Source: Pedobacter sp. (GTDB taxonomy: Bacteria; Desulfobacterota; Desulfuromonadia; Desulfuromonadales; Syntrophotaleaceae). From it: a stretch of DNA of 64,000 nt. The position numbers were made by a program, and so were the translations under genes. The first letter of the stretch is position 1. Every line of letters starts with the position of its first letter. The stretch covers positions 512,725 through 576,724 of the forward strand of contig JBFWJC010000002.1 in NCBI GenBank assembly GCA_050253415.1, written 5' to 3'. This document shows, one piece after another, positions 29,780 to 39,467 of this stretch. The notes under the pieces were generated by a model. That model did no database searches, had not been told where the DNA came from, and saw only the letters and a list, made by a program, of their open reading frames with translations.

Positions 29780-31039
29780 TCATGGAGATACTTGTTGCAG
29801 CAGATAGCCGGCGATGGCTGCCGCCTGTTCGTCGGTCAAACCGAGATTGGGCATATTCGGATAGTCCGGATTGCGTTTTACGGGGTTTATCAGGAAGGCT
29901 TGCAGCTGGTCGGAGCTTGAACGGTATTTCGGAACCACGGTGTTCAGCGGCGGTCCGACGACACGCTGATCAAAACGATGGCAAATACTGCATTTTTGTT
30001 CGAACAAGGCCTCGCCTGAAGCTATGGAGGGGGTCGGTGTGGCTGGTTGAACAGAAGCCATCTGTTTCGGGGGTGGGGTCGCAGGGGCCGGCTCCGGACT
30101 TAAACCGGCGAGTGCCGCAGGAAAAAGGATCTGTTCCCGGGCGACATGGCCCATGAATGCCCAGCACCAGATGAGCAATAAGACTATAACAAAAAATGGT
30201 CGGGGGGGATGCCCTTGGCGACGTTGCAATGATATGACCAGCCATATGGCGGTACAGCCTGCCAGGCCGATGGACAAAATAGCCAGTCCGGTTAACAGGC
30301 GACTTGCTGTCAGGGAGGGGATGATAGCCATCTCGAGGCAAAGTGCCAACGGCCATAATAAAAGCGATCCCAGGGTCAAGCCCGCACCGATACTTTTGGC
30401 AACCCGGATGCCGGGCTGTTCCAAGTCGGAAAGCGGCTGCGGCGGTAACGTAAAAAGTAGCGCGTTGCCGGTTATGGCACCGGTTAAAAGGATAAATTCA
30501 ACGAAGCGTACCAAGCCGTGCCAGGATAGAAACAGGTAGGGCAAGCGGGCCAATTGGGGCCAATACTCGGGGGTCAACAGCAGACTCTCGGTGCAGGCAA
30601 GGGCAAAACAGCATCCCGCTACCAGCGTAATGCCGATGCTGCCTGCCGCCAGCGCCACACGGTCTGGCAGGTTGGTTGTAGCAAGTCTGTGTCGGCAGGC
30701 CACCATCAGCCCAAGGCCTATGGACAGCAACAGGATCAGACTGGCCCATGCGGTGTTGGAAAACAGCTGTGGGCGATAGATGATTTTTACCAACAGCAGG
30801 CTGGCCAGGACGGTCAGGACTACCAGCGTATCGCGTTCCACGGATGGATTTGCGCGCTCCAGCAGAGCGTTAACCCAGGGAGGAGGCTCCTTTTTTCCTG
30901 TCCGCCGTGCCAGTCCGGTGCTGGCAAGGGAAACGGTGGTCCCTCCGAGCATAAGAGCCAGTAGCGGGGATACCAGGGCAATCAGAATTATCAGAAGCCA
31001 TTTCAGCTGCAAAATGTGAGTTTGGATTTCCGGTAACAT
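29780..31039 (-). CDS. Polytopic membrane protein with C-terminal monoheme cytochrome c
   Basis: ~8 hydrophobic segments, Pro-rich linker, CSICH..VGPPL..YPNMP. Confidence 0.85.
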   Translation of the reverse strand: MLPEIQTHILQLKWLLIILIALVSPLLALMLGGTTVSLASTGLARRTGKKEPPPWVNALLERANPSVERDTLVVLTVLASLLLVKIIYRPQLFSNTAWASLILLLSIGLGLMVACRHRLATTNLPDRVALAAGSIGITLVAGCCFALACTESLLLTPEYWPQLARLPYLFLSWHGLVRFVEFILLTGAITGNALLFTLPPQPLSDLEQPGIRVAKSIGAGLTLGSLLLWPLALCLEMAIIPSLTASRLLTGLAILSIGLAGCTAIWLVISLQRRQGHPPRPFFVIVLLLIWCWAFMGHVAREQILFPAALAGLSPEPAPATPPPKQMASVQPATPTPSIASGEALFEQKCSICHRFDQRVVGPPLNTVVPKYRSSSDQLQAFLINPVKRNPDYPNMPNLGLTDEQAAAIAGYLLQQVSP

Positions 31040-31232
31040 GCTCTACCCGCATAGGTTTAAATGAATAAGGACAGGCGAAAGGCAACGGTCAGGCATTAAG
31101 GTTCCTGCGGTTCATGAAAATTCAAGCATATTACTCCTGGATTGCAACTGCCGAAAAATGAGCTTGCATTGCAGTGCTGTCATCGCAACGACTTGAAAAT
31201 TATACGGCTTTCTTTTTTTAAATCTGCGCGGC

Positions 31233-31928
31233 TTAGGGTGCGTCCGTTTTGCTTATTGCAAAAACCGGGATCCGGAGCTTTGGTGTGCGTGGGCTGCTGG
31301 TCGAAATGGTGACATAACCATTCTGGTTTTGTTTTCCTGGTGGAATCGTTATCTTGACATGAATCTGAACCGTAGCGCTGGGCTCAAGTTGGGTGCCGGA
31401 CAATTTTGCCGTCATGGCCGGAGAAGTTGCCAGGTTCGACAGGAAAATAGTGTGATCGCTGTTATTGGTGAGACTGATTTGGACTTCGCGCTTTTCACCG
31501 GGAGTCATGCCGGTTAGATGAAGTTTGTTGGGCGTGATGGCTATTTCAGGTTTGACAATTCCGTTGATCTGGAGCTTGGATTTTGGATTTACCGGATCGT
31601 TGCTGTAAATGTAAATCCATTTGACCACCGGTCCTCGCATGCCGCTCGAATTAAATATGATTTTAACTTCACCCGATTGTCGGGGGAGAACTTCCTTTTG
31701 AGATAATAACGTACCGGTGCATCCACATGTGGAGCGGACACGATCGATAATCAGGGGGGTGTCCCCCTGGTTGGTGAACGTAAAAATGTGCTCGACTTTA
31801 TCGCCTTCGGCAATGGTGCCGAAATGAAAAGCGGGAGTTTCAGTGACTATTTGCGGGCTGGCCATAGCCGGATAAAAAACACCTGCTTGAAGCAGGATAA
31901 AACAAGCAAGTGCAAATAACTTATTCAT
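31233..31928 (-). CDS. DUF1573 domain exported protein
   Basis: FTFTNQGDTPLIIDRVRSTCGCT, SNDP; signal peptide. Confidence 0.88.
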   Translation of the reverse strand: MNKLFALACFILLQAGVFYPAMASPQIVTETPAFHFGTIAEGDKVEHIFTFTNQGDTPLIIDRVRSTCGCTGTLLSQKEVLPRQSGEVKIIFNSSGMRGPVVKWIYIYSNDPVNPKSKLQINGIVKPEIAITPNKLHLTGMTPGEKREVQISLTNNSDHTIFLSNLATSPAMTAKLSGTQLEPSATVQIHVKITIPPGKQNQNGYVTISTSSPRTPKLRIPVFAISKTDAP

Positions 31929-32127
31929 GCGTGACCTCCCTGGATAATATTATCCACTTGAGAAAATGGACAACCAACTAAAGCAATGTTGAAATATATA
32001 GCATTATTTAAAGATTCAAACCAGTCTTTCGATTTTTCCTCTATGGTGCAATGGCATTGACAGGTATGCGCAGTGTTGTTATAAATTGCGGACTTGAAAA
32101 GCGTTTTCAATTAATTTGGAATTACTC

Positions 32128-32682
32128 ATGATATCATCTCTTAAGATTCTCTATACGCGGGAGCAAATAGCCGCACAGGTTCGCAGGCTTGGCAGTGAGA
32201 TCGAACGTGATTTTTCGGATCGGGAAATTCTGCTGGTTTGTGTGCTCAAAGGCTCCTTTTTGTTTTTTGCCGATTTGGTGCGGGAAATTTCCTGCCCGGT
32301 GGTGGTCGATTTTGTCCGCATGGCCAGCTATGGCTGCGAAACCATCTCCTCCGGGGTGGTTGAAATGCGTAAAGACCTCGAATTTTCCGTAACCGATCGG
32401 GACGTAATTATCGTCGAGGATATTGTCGATACCGGCTATACATTGCAAGCCCTGTATCATCGTTTACAGGACCGTGGTCCGCGTTCGCTGAGGGTTTGCA
32501 CGTTGCTCGATAAGCGGTTTGACCGCCGGGTGCCCATCGAGGCGGACTATGTTGGAATCACCCTGGACGAGGGCTTTGTTGTCGGATATGGGCTTGATTA
32601 TCAGGAGCAATATCGCCACCTGCCGGACCTGTATGTGTTAAGCGAAGATGCTCCAATTGTGAAGGATGGGGGGCTGTTATGA
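32128..32682 (+). CDS. hpt: Hypoxanthine phosphoribosyltransferase
   Basis: VLKGS, IIVEDIVDTGYTL, FVVGYGLDY; alternative start 32116. Confidence 0.95.
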   Translation: MISSLKILYTREQIAAQVRRLGSEIERDFSDREILLVCVLKGSFLFFADLVREISCPVVVDFVRMASYGCETISSGVVEMRKDLEFSVTDRDVIIVEDIVDTGYTLQALYHRLQDRGPRSLRVCTLLDKRFDRRVPIEADYVGITLDEGFVVGYGLDYQEQYRHLPDLYVLSEDAPIVKDGGLL

Positions 32683-33893
32683 TTGTGCAATGCCCTGATT
32701 GTTCCAGCCGGTTTCGCCTGCCAGATGACAAGTTGAAGGCAGAGGGCACCAAGGTTCGTTGCTCCAGATGTCAGAAGGTCTTTACGGTAATGCCCGACCA
32801 TGATTCCCCGCCCGCTGCCGACAGTGTCGGTGATAACTGGAATGAGGCGGATGGGTCGGGAGGTGCCGGGTTTCACGAATTTGACTTTGGCGATTCCCCA
32901 AGCGACGGCGAAACGTCCGGGCAATTTGATACCAATGATGATTTCAGTACCGGTTCCGACTTTGATTTCGATGCATTTGGCAGCGACCAGGAGCAGGAAT
33001 CCGATGACTTTTTCGCCGATTCAGGTGAGGGGTCTAATGACTTTGCGTTTGGAGAGCCTGCCGGCTTTGAGGATGGATCTGAGTTTTCCATGGAAGAAGA
33101 TGAAGAAGAGGACTTTTTTTCCTCCTCTGCGCGGGGACCTGCTGAAGAGCCGGTTTCCGCAGATTCTTCCGATTCTTTTGGTTTTCCTTCGACGATGCCT
33201 GCCGATGCCGAAACTTTGGATAGGCAAAAGTCCGTATCTGAAGAGTTGGGCGGGTTCGATGAAGATTTGTTTGGGTCGGTTGACGCGAACGAGGACAATC
33301 TGGGCATGCTTCCTCCACCCGTGCGGACATCCGCTCCCCGCAAGTCGGGTCGTAAGGGTGCCTGGTTATTGAGCTTGCTGTTTTTGGCAGCGCTTGCGGC
33401 CGGAGGGTATTTTGCCTGGAGGACGAATAAGATTGACCTTTCTGGTCTGCTGAATGTTGCCCGGATACGGACTTTGCTGCATCTGGATGCGACCGAGGTT
33501 GCGGAGGGGCAGATCCGTACAAGGGGACTGAACGGATTTTTTCTGCAAAGCCGCAAGGCAGGTCGGTTGTTTGTTATTCAGGGTGAGGCTGTGAATGACT
33601 ATCGGGAGCCCCGCTCGGCCATTGCTGTTAAAGGGGTCATTTTTGATGACAAGGGTGTGCCTCTGTTGCAGCAGACGGTGTTTTGCGGGAATCCTCTAGA
33701 TACCGCCGAATTGACAGGTACGTCTTTTGACCGCATCGTCGAGCGGATGAATAATCAATTCGGGGACTCCCTGAGTAACCTTAATGTCCCTGCGGGCAAA
33801 GCCATTCCGTTTACGATTGTATTTCACAACCTGCCAGCGGAGTTGAGTGAATTCTCGGTTGAGGTTGTCGATTCCAAGTCGGCCTCACGCTAG
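32679..33893 (+). CDS. MJ0042-type zinc ribbon, acidic linker, TM, DUF3426 protein
   Basis: CPDC..KVRCSRC; D/E/F/S-rich linker; FCGNPL and IPFTIVF. Confidence 0.88.
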   Translation: MIVQCPDCSSRFRLPDDKLKAEGTKVRCSRCQKVFTVMPDHDSPPAADSVGDNWNEADGSGGAGFHEFDFGDSPSDGETSGQFDTNDDFSTGSDFDFDAFGSDQEQESDDFFADSGEGSNDFAFGEPAGFEDGSEFSMEEDEEEDFFSSSARGPAEEPVSADSSDSFGFPSTMPADAETLDRQKSVSEELGGFDEDLFGSVDANEDNLGMLPPPVRTSAPRKSGRKGAWLLSLLFLAALAAGGYFAWRTNKIDLSGLLNVARIRTLLHLDATEVAEGQIRTRGLNGFFLQSRKAGRLFVIQGEAVNDYREPRSAIAVKGVIFDDKGVPLLQQTVFCGNPLDTAELTGTSFDRIVERMNNQFGDSLSNLNVPAGKAIPFTIVFHNLPAELSEFSVEVVDSKSASR

Positions 33894-34014
33894 GGATTCG
33901 GGTGGACAACCTGCTTGCTCATGATCGTGGGCGGTCCGTTGGGCTCAAGAGCAGGCTCTTTTGTTGCTGAAAATTGTTGTGCCGGGTGAGGTGTGTCGTT
34001 CGGGGGAGGGTGTG

Positions 34015-34197
34015 TCAGTTCTTACGCGGGGGAGTCGACGAATCGTTGCGAGATTCTTGACCCCGTTCCCCACGCCAGCCCTTTTGGAAGTTGGCCAGGC
34101 TTTTTCCTAGCCCTGCGCCGATTTCCGGAAGTTTGCGTGCGCCAAACAGCAGCAGGCAGATAATGAGGAGTAGGGTCAGTTCCCAGAAGCCGGGCAT
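34015..34197 (-). CDS. tatA: Twin-arginine translocase TatA/E
   Basis: LLLFGARKLPEIGAGLGKSLANFQK. Confidence 0.9.
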   Translation of the reverse strand: MPGFWELTLLLIICLLLFGARKLPEIGAGLGKSLANFQKGWRGERGQESRNDSSTPPRKN

Positions 34198-34291
34198 GAT
34201 TCCAAGGCTCTCCTTCGGAAGGCGGCTGTTCTGTGAAGAATAGCGGGAGAAACCATCGCTGGAATCTCCCGCTACGCAGGGTTGTACTGGA

Positions 34292-34462
34292 TTAGTCTGC
34301 TTTGATAGCGTCTACGGGGCAGCTGTCAATACAAGCGCCGCAGTCGGTGCAGGCGTCAGCGTCAATCACGCGTACGTCGCCTTTTTCTTCGATAGCGCCC
34401 AAGGGGCAGCTGTCGTCACAAGCACCGCAGTTAATGCAATCTTCAGTGATAGTATGGGACAA
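34292..34462 (-). CDS. 56-aa clostridial-type 2[4Fe-4S] ferredoxin (missing from ORF track)
   Basis: MSHTITEDCINCGACDDSCPLGAI..CTDCGACIDSCPVDAIKAD; AAGGAGGTG RBS, TTG start. Confidence 0.95.
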   Translation of the reverse strand: MSHTITEDCINCGACDDSCPLGAIEEKGDVRVIDADACTDCGACIDSCPVDAIKAD

Positions 34463-34709
34463 GGTATTCACCTCCTTTTCTTTGAAATCACTTGCTTCTT
34501 CCCTTGTAGATCTTAGGTGCGAATTCTACAACAACTTTTTATAAATTGTCCACCCCAAATGATGCTAAAGGGTTTGACATAAAGGCCTTGATTTTAAAGG
34601 GGTCATCTTATAGTATCTATTCGTTTGACTGTTGAAGCCTGACCAATGGGCGGAAGGGGGCCGGCCTTTCCGCCCGTAACACATTTAAAGAGGAGGCACG
34701 TTAAGTTCT

Positions 34710-35975
34710 ATGGATATTCTCGCTCTGAATTGCGGAAGCTCTTCCGTAAAATACCAGCTGTACAGCTGGACCCGTCGTGAAGTTATTGCCAAGGGTGTGG
34801 TTGAGAGGGTTGGCATTGGCGAATCCTTTATTTCCCACGAAGTCCCGGGCCGTGAGGATTACAAAAGTTCTCACGATTGTTCCGATCACACCGTAGCCAT
34901 CGAGTTGATCATCAAAACCCTGACCAGCGAGACAGTCGGCGTGGTCAAGAGCATGGATGAAATTTCCGCTGTCGGCCACCGGGTTGTGCATGGCGGTGAA
35001 AAATTCGCCAGCTCGGTGTTGATCGATGAAGCCGTGCTCCAGGGGATCAAGGATGTGCAGCATCTGGCACCCTTGCACAATCCGCCCAATATCATGGGTA
35101 TCGAAGCGGCCAAAAAAGTTCTGCCGAATGTCCCTCATGTCGCTATCTTCGACACCGCATTCCATCAGACCATGCCCCAAGAAGCTTACATGTATCCGCT
35201 GCCCTACGAGTGGTACGAGAAACACAGCGTGCGTCGCTACGGTTTCCATGGCACCTCTCACCTGTACGTCTCCAAGCGCGCTGCGGTACTGCTCGGCAAA
35301 GACCCCAAGGACTGCAACATCATTACCCTGCATATCGGTAACGGTGCATCCCACGCTGCAATCCGTGGCGGTGTCTGCGTCGATACCAGCATGGGCCTGA
35401 CCCCTCTCGAGGGAGCCGTGATGGGTACCCGCAGTGGTGACATCGACCCTGCGATCCCGACCTTCATCATGGAGCGCGAGGGCTACTCCGCCAAGGAGAT
35501 GGACAGCATTCTGAACAAGAAGTCCGGTCTGCTCGGCATTACCGGCAAGTACACCGACCGTCGTGACATCGGTGACGGGATCAAGGCCGGCGACAAGCGC
35601 TGCCAGTTGGCGCATGACATCGAATGCTATCGCATCAAGAAATATATCGGCTCCTACATGGCGGTGCTGGGTAAGGTGGACGCTATCGTCTTCACCGCCG
35701 GCGTCGGCGAAATGGGTTCCGAAATCCGCCAGCAGGCTCTCGAAGGGCTCGAGGCTCTGGGGATCAAGGTTGATAAAGAAAAGAACCTCAAGACCCGCAC
35801 CAAAAAAGCCGAAGTGGAAATCTCCACCCCCGATTCGCCGGTCAAGGTATACGTTATCCCTACCGACGAAGAACTGGTGTTTACTGAGGACGTGGTTGGT
35901 ATTCTCGAAAATACCTACAGCGATCACATGGATTTCGGTTACAGCTTCAAGTCGAAAGACTACGAGCGCAAGTAA
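34710..35975 (+). CDS. ackA: Acetate kinase
   Basis: LNCGSSSVK, GHRVVHGG, APLHNP, FDTAFH, RYGFHGTSH. Confidence 0.98.
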   Translation: MDILALNCGSSSVKYQLYSWTRREVIAKGVVERVGIGESFISHEVPGREDYKSSHDCSDHTVAIELIIKTLTSETVGVVKSMDEISAVGHRVVHGGEKFASSVLIDEAVLQGIKDVQHLAPLHNPPNIMGIEAAKKVLPNVPHVAIFDTAFHQTMPQEAYMYPLPYEWYEKHSVRRYGFHGTSHLYVSKRAAVLLGKDPKDCNIITLHIGNGASHAAIRGGVCVDTSMGLTPLEGAVMGTRSGDIDPAIPTFIMEREGYSAKEMDSILNKKSGLLGITGKYTDRRDIGDGIKAGDKRCQLAHDIECYRIKKYIGSYMAVLGKVDAIVFTAGVGEMGSEIRQQALEGLEALGIKVDKEKNLKTRTKKAEVEISTPDSPVKVYVIPTDEELVFTEDVVGILENTYSDHMDFGYSFKSKDYERK

Positions 35976-35997
35976 GTCGATCCGTACTATCGTACGC

Positions 35998-36034
35998 AAA
36001 AAGGCCGGTGGAATAATTCCACCGGCCTTTTTTT
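35998..36034. terminator. Bidirectional terminator between ackA and pta
   Basis: aaaaaggccggtggaat-a-attccaccggcctttttt. Confidence 0.9.
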
Positions 36035-36060
36035 GTTCAAAATGTTACGTTAGTCAGTGA

Positions 36061-37062
36061 TCAGCCCTGCGCCTGAACAGCGGTGATGGCGGTGACGCTG
36101 ATGATGTCATCTACCGAGCATCCGCGGGAAAGGTCATTAACCGGCATGGCCAGGCCTTGAATAACGGGGCCGACGGCTTCAGCACCGGCGAGACGTTGAA
36201 CCAGTTTGTAGCCGATGTTGCCGGCACCCAGGTCGGGGAAGACCAAGGTGTTGGCTTTGCCTGCTACGGTCGAACCGGGGGCTTTGCTGGCACCGACCTT
36301 GGGTACCAGGGCCGCATCGGCCTGCAGTTCGCCGTCGATCTGAAGTTCAGGGGCCATTTCCTTGGCGATTGCCAGGGCTTCGATGACCTTGTCGGCGTCT
36401 TCGTGTTTGGCGCTGCCTTTGGTCGAGAAGGACAGCATCGCTACCCTTGCTTCGACACCGAGGAAGCTCTTGCAGCTTTTGGCCGTGGAAATGGCGATTT
36501 CAGCCAGGGCCCGGGCGTCAGGATTGGGGTTGACCGCGCAGTCTGCAAACAGCATGGAACCGTTTTCACCGTATTCGGGAGTGTTGGTTACCATGATGAA
36601 GCAGGACGAGACGGTTTTCATGCCCGGTGCGGGACCAATCACCTGAAACGCTGCGCGCAGTACATTGCCGGTGGTGTTGTAGGCACCGGCAACGCAACCG
36701 CCGGCATCGCCTTTACGTACCATCATGGTGCCGAAGAACAGGTTGTCGTCAGCAGTCAGAAGCTTCAGCGCGTCTTCGCGGGACAGGCCCTTCTTTTTGC
36801 GGATTTCGACCAGCTCGTCTGCGTAGGCATCGAGTTGGGGCGCGGTTTTGGGGTCGAGCAGGGTGACGCCTTCGAGGGAAACGCCTAGTTCGGCAGCTTT
36901 AGCCTGCAAAGCGGCGGGCTCGCCCAGCAGTACGACCTTCGCGATATTGTCTTTTACGATAGGGCCTGCGGCCTGAATCATGCGGTCATCGTAACCTTCG
37001 GGAAGAACGACGATCTGAGGGTTCTGGCGGGCTTTGGCTTTGATCTGGTCAACCAAGTGCAT
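36061..37062 (-). CDS. pta: Phosphate acetyltransferase
   Basis: [39 protein letters not shown]. Confidence 0.97.
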   Translation of the reverse strand: MHLVDQIKAKARQNPQIVVLPEGYDDRMIQAAGPIVKDNIAKVVLLGEPAALQAKAAELGVSLEGVTLLDPKTAPQLDAYADELVEIRKKKGLSREDALKLLTADDNLFFGTMMVRKGDAGGCVAGAYNTTGNVLRAAFQVIGPAPGMKTVSSCFIMVTNTPEYGENGSMLFADCAVNPNPDARALAEIAISTAKSCKSFLGVEARVAMLSFSTKGSAKHEDADKVIEALAIAKEMAPELQIDGELQADAALVPKVGASKAPGSTVAGKANTLVFPDLGAGNIGYKLVQRLAGAEAVGPVIQGLAMPVNDLSRGCSVDDIISVTAITAVQAQG

Positions 37063-37261
37063 AGGGATCCTCCTACAGGTGTATAGGTTATGAGCGCCTC
37101 ATTTATACTTGATGCCCCCTGAGGGGTCAACTTCTTTTCCTTAAAATATGGAGCTCCCTGCTATTGTAAGGGCTGGGGATTCTCAGCTAGTCAAAAGATG
37201 GCGGGTTCATGTATAATGACCTCTGAAAAATTACCTTACTCCGGTGAAATCAAAGGCCAGA

Positions 37262-38080
37262 ATGAGCCCCTCATACCGTCAAGATATAGTGCTGGCAGCC
37301 TTTGCAGTGCTGTCTTTGTTGTTGCACCTGCTGTTACTGTATGTTTTACCGGCCGATCGTTTAATGGTCGCGCCCGCGGAAAAGCAGCCTGTCGTGGTCG
37401 AGGTGCGTCCTCCGCAGCAAGCGAGGCGCGAAATCGACATGCCACCCGAGGTTCGTCCGCCACAACCGCGGCAACAGCCGGCCAAGAGATTGGCGCCTGT
37501 CGACCAGGTAGTGCCACGGGAAACTGCCCCCAAGGGGGCTGCTCCGGAAGATCGGCAACCTTTGCCGCAAGCTGTCGCCAAGGCCCCCAGTCCTGCCTCT
37601 GCCAGGCGTGCTCCGGCTGGACCAGGCAGGGTGTCACCTGAATCGCTGGATCTTGGGTTGCCTGTAACAACACAAGAGCGTCTGCGCGGAGAGATTGCGC
37701 GCAAAGACCGACAGGATGTAGAGGAGGGGGAGGCTGTATGGCTCGACACGGAGAAGGATCTGCTGGCATCCTTTTTTAAACGGTTTCGAGACAATATCTA
37801 TCAAGTCTGGAACTATCCGCGTTCGGCCGCAGAGCGTGGAGAGTCAGGTGTCTGTCTGCTTAAAATCGTCATCAATCAGGATGGCAGCGTCGAAAATGTC
37901 GAACGTCTGGAAAGTACCGGATTCCCAACCCTCGATCGGGAAGCAGTTGCCGCCGTGTATCGCGGGGCCTCCTACGGCAACCTGCCTTCATCATATCCCA
38001 AAGATCAACTTACCATCATGGCCTATTTTCAATATCGGCTTACCGCTTCGGGTGGGGTTTTCGATATAAGCGGTCGTTAA
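37262..38080 (+). CDS. TonB C-terminal domain protein
   Basis: TM SLLLH, Pro-rich linker, WNYP..G..STG..LDREA. Confidence 0.85.
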   Translation: MSPSYRQDIVLAAFAVLSLLLHLLLLYVLPADRLMVAPAEKQPVVVEVRPPQQARREIDMPPEVRPPQPRQQPAKRLAPVDQVVPRETAPKGAAPEDRQPLPQAVAKAPSPASARRAPAGPGRVSPESLDLGLPVTTQERLRGEIARKDRQDVEEGEAVWLDTEKDLLASFFKRFRDNIYQVWNYPRSAAERGESGVCLLKIVINQDGSVENVERLESTGFPTLDREAVAAVYRGASYGNLPSSYPKDQLTIMAYFQYRLTASGGVFDISGR

Positions 38081-38136
38081 TGGTTTTGGTAAGTGTTTTT
38101 CTATGAAAACTTCCGCGACTGCGGGATGCGTTTCGC

Positions 38137-38523
38137 TTAGTCTTCCCCCTGGACGAATTCCGTGTAATCGTCGGCATCCATCAGGTCATCCAACTCCTCA
38201 ACTTCGGACAGTTTCAGGCGGATCATCCAGCCATCTTCATAAGGAGAAGAGCTGATCCAGTCAGGAGAATCGATCAGGTCCTGGTTGGCCTCGATGACTT
38301 CGCCTGAAAGGGGAGAATAGATCTCAACCATTCCCTGGGGTAATTCGACTGTCGCCAAAGTATCTCCCATCTCCAGATCGGTACCGACTTCAGGTATCTC
38401 AATGGAGAGGATTTCCTCCATATCACCATGCAGATATTCCGTTATGCCTATGGTAGCCAGATCCCCGTCTGCCTCAATCCATACATGGTCCTCGTTATAC
38501 AATAATTCATCGGGAAAGAGCAT
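38137..38523 (-). CDS. GcvH-like protein lacking the lipoyl lysine
   Basis: HVWI..ATIGIT..IYSPLSGEV..N..PYEDGWM; VELPQG in place of VESVKA; GGAGG RBS. Confidence 0.88.
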   Translation of the reverse strand: MLFPDELLYNEDHVWIEADGDLATIGITEYLHGDMEEILSIEIPEVGTDLEMGDTLATVELPQGMVEIYSPLSGEVIEANQDLIDSPDWISSSPYEDGWMIRLKLSEVEELDDLMDADDYTEFVQGED

Positions 38524-38819
38524 GGGACCTCCCTTGCGGTAACGTTGTCCTGGTTTGATAACCGGGACTTTGGCGTCGCTATGTTTCAGGTTAGTAAACT
38601 GTAGCCCCGGGACTTTGTCAAGGTAGAACACGTCTCTTGGCCATGGGGCGGTTTTGAGCGAAATATACGAAAAACAGATTACGATGTAAAGGCAAGAGAT
38701 GTGGAAATTTTTTTTCTCTATTTTACAGAGGGCGTTGCTGGCTGCGGCGGGAGCGTCTGCAGGAGGTCGGGAAGGGGTTGAGGTGGTCTGCCGAGGAGGG
38801 AAAGGAAACTATGGCGATG

Positions 38820-38858
38820 AAAAAAAAACGACCGCCGGTTACCCGGAGGTCGTTTTTT
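38820..38858 (-). terminator. Intrinsic terminator
   Basis: aaaaaacgacc.ccgg..ccgg.ggtcgtttttt. Confidence 0.75.
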
Positions 38859-39115
38859 CAGGCGTTGCTGGCTGCCTTGGGGCAACCCTTGCAGCTTGCT
38901 CCCGAATCACCTGGACTGCATCCGGAAGGTTTGCTGGTGGAAGAATAACCTTGTTGGTACCAGCCGCTGCCCTTGAGGGCGAAAGCTGATTGAGAAATAA
39001 GCTTGTGCACAGCGCCACCACATTCCTGGCATTGGCTCAAAGGCTCGTCGGAAAATTTCTGGCGTGCTTCAAAGACCAGGCCGCACGCATCGCATTGATA
39101 TTCGTAGATGGGCAT
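38858..39115 (-). CDS. FmdB family zinc-ribbon protein
   Basis: MPIYEYQCDACG..CQECGG..LKGSGWY. Confidence 0.92.
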   Translation of the reverse strand: MPIYEYQCDACGLVFEARQKFSDEPLSQCQECGGAVHKLISQSAFALKGSGWYQQGYSSTSKPSGCSPGDSGASCKGCPKAASNA

Positions 39116-39467
39116 TCAAAACCTCCGTTTATCTGATTTCGCTTCTTAATGTAGCTATTCATGCCCTTGTTTGTCAAGGGGCGGACTAACCCTGAGCGTG
39201 TTTGCCGCAGAAGAAAAAATAGGTTTATAGGTATTGAGAATTCACGGAAATAGTGTAAGGTTACAAATTAGAAAAAATAAAGCTATAAGGTTGGTCATTA
39301 TGAGCCATGGTAATAAGCAGCGTTCCGTTATGATGACTTCAGTGCCATGGAATGGAGATTTTCGAACTGATTATCAATATTTATATAAGTATATATAAGT
39401 GCTATGCGGACTGATTGCTGTGGATGGTGGATGGGTGAGAAAAAAAACACTTATTGATGAGTGGAAG

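Noticed and set aside
34302..34544. 80-aa plus-strand ORF
   Set aside because: Antisense to the real ferredoxin gene
34701..35999. 432-aa antisense ORF over ackA
   Set aside because: Mirrors ackA exactly; shadow ORF
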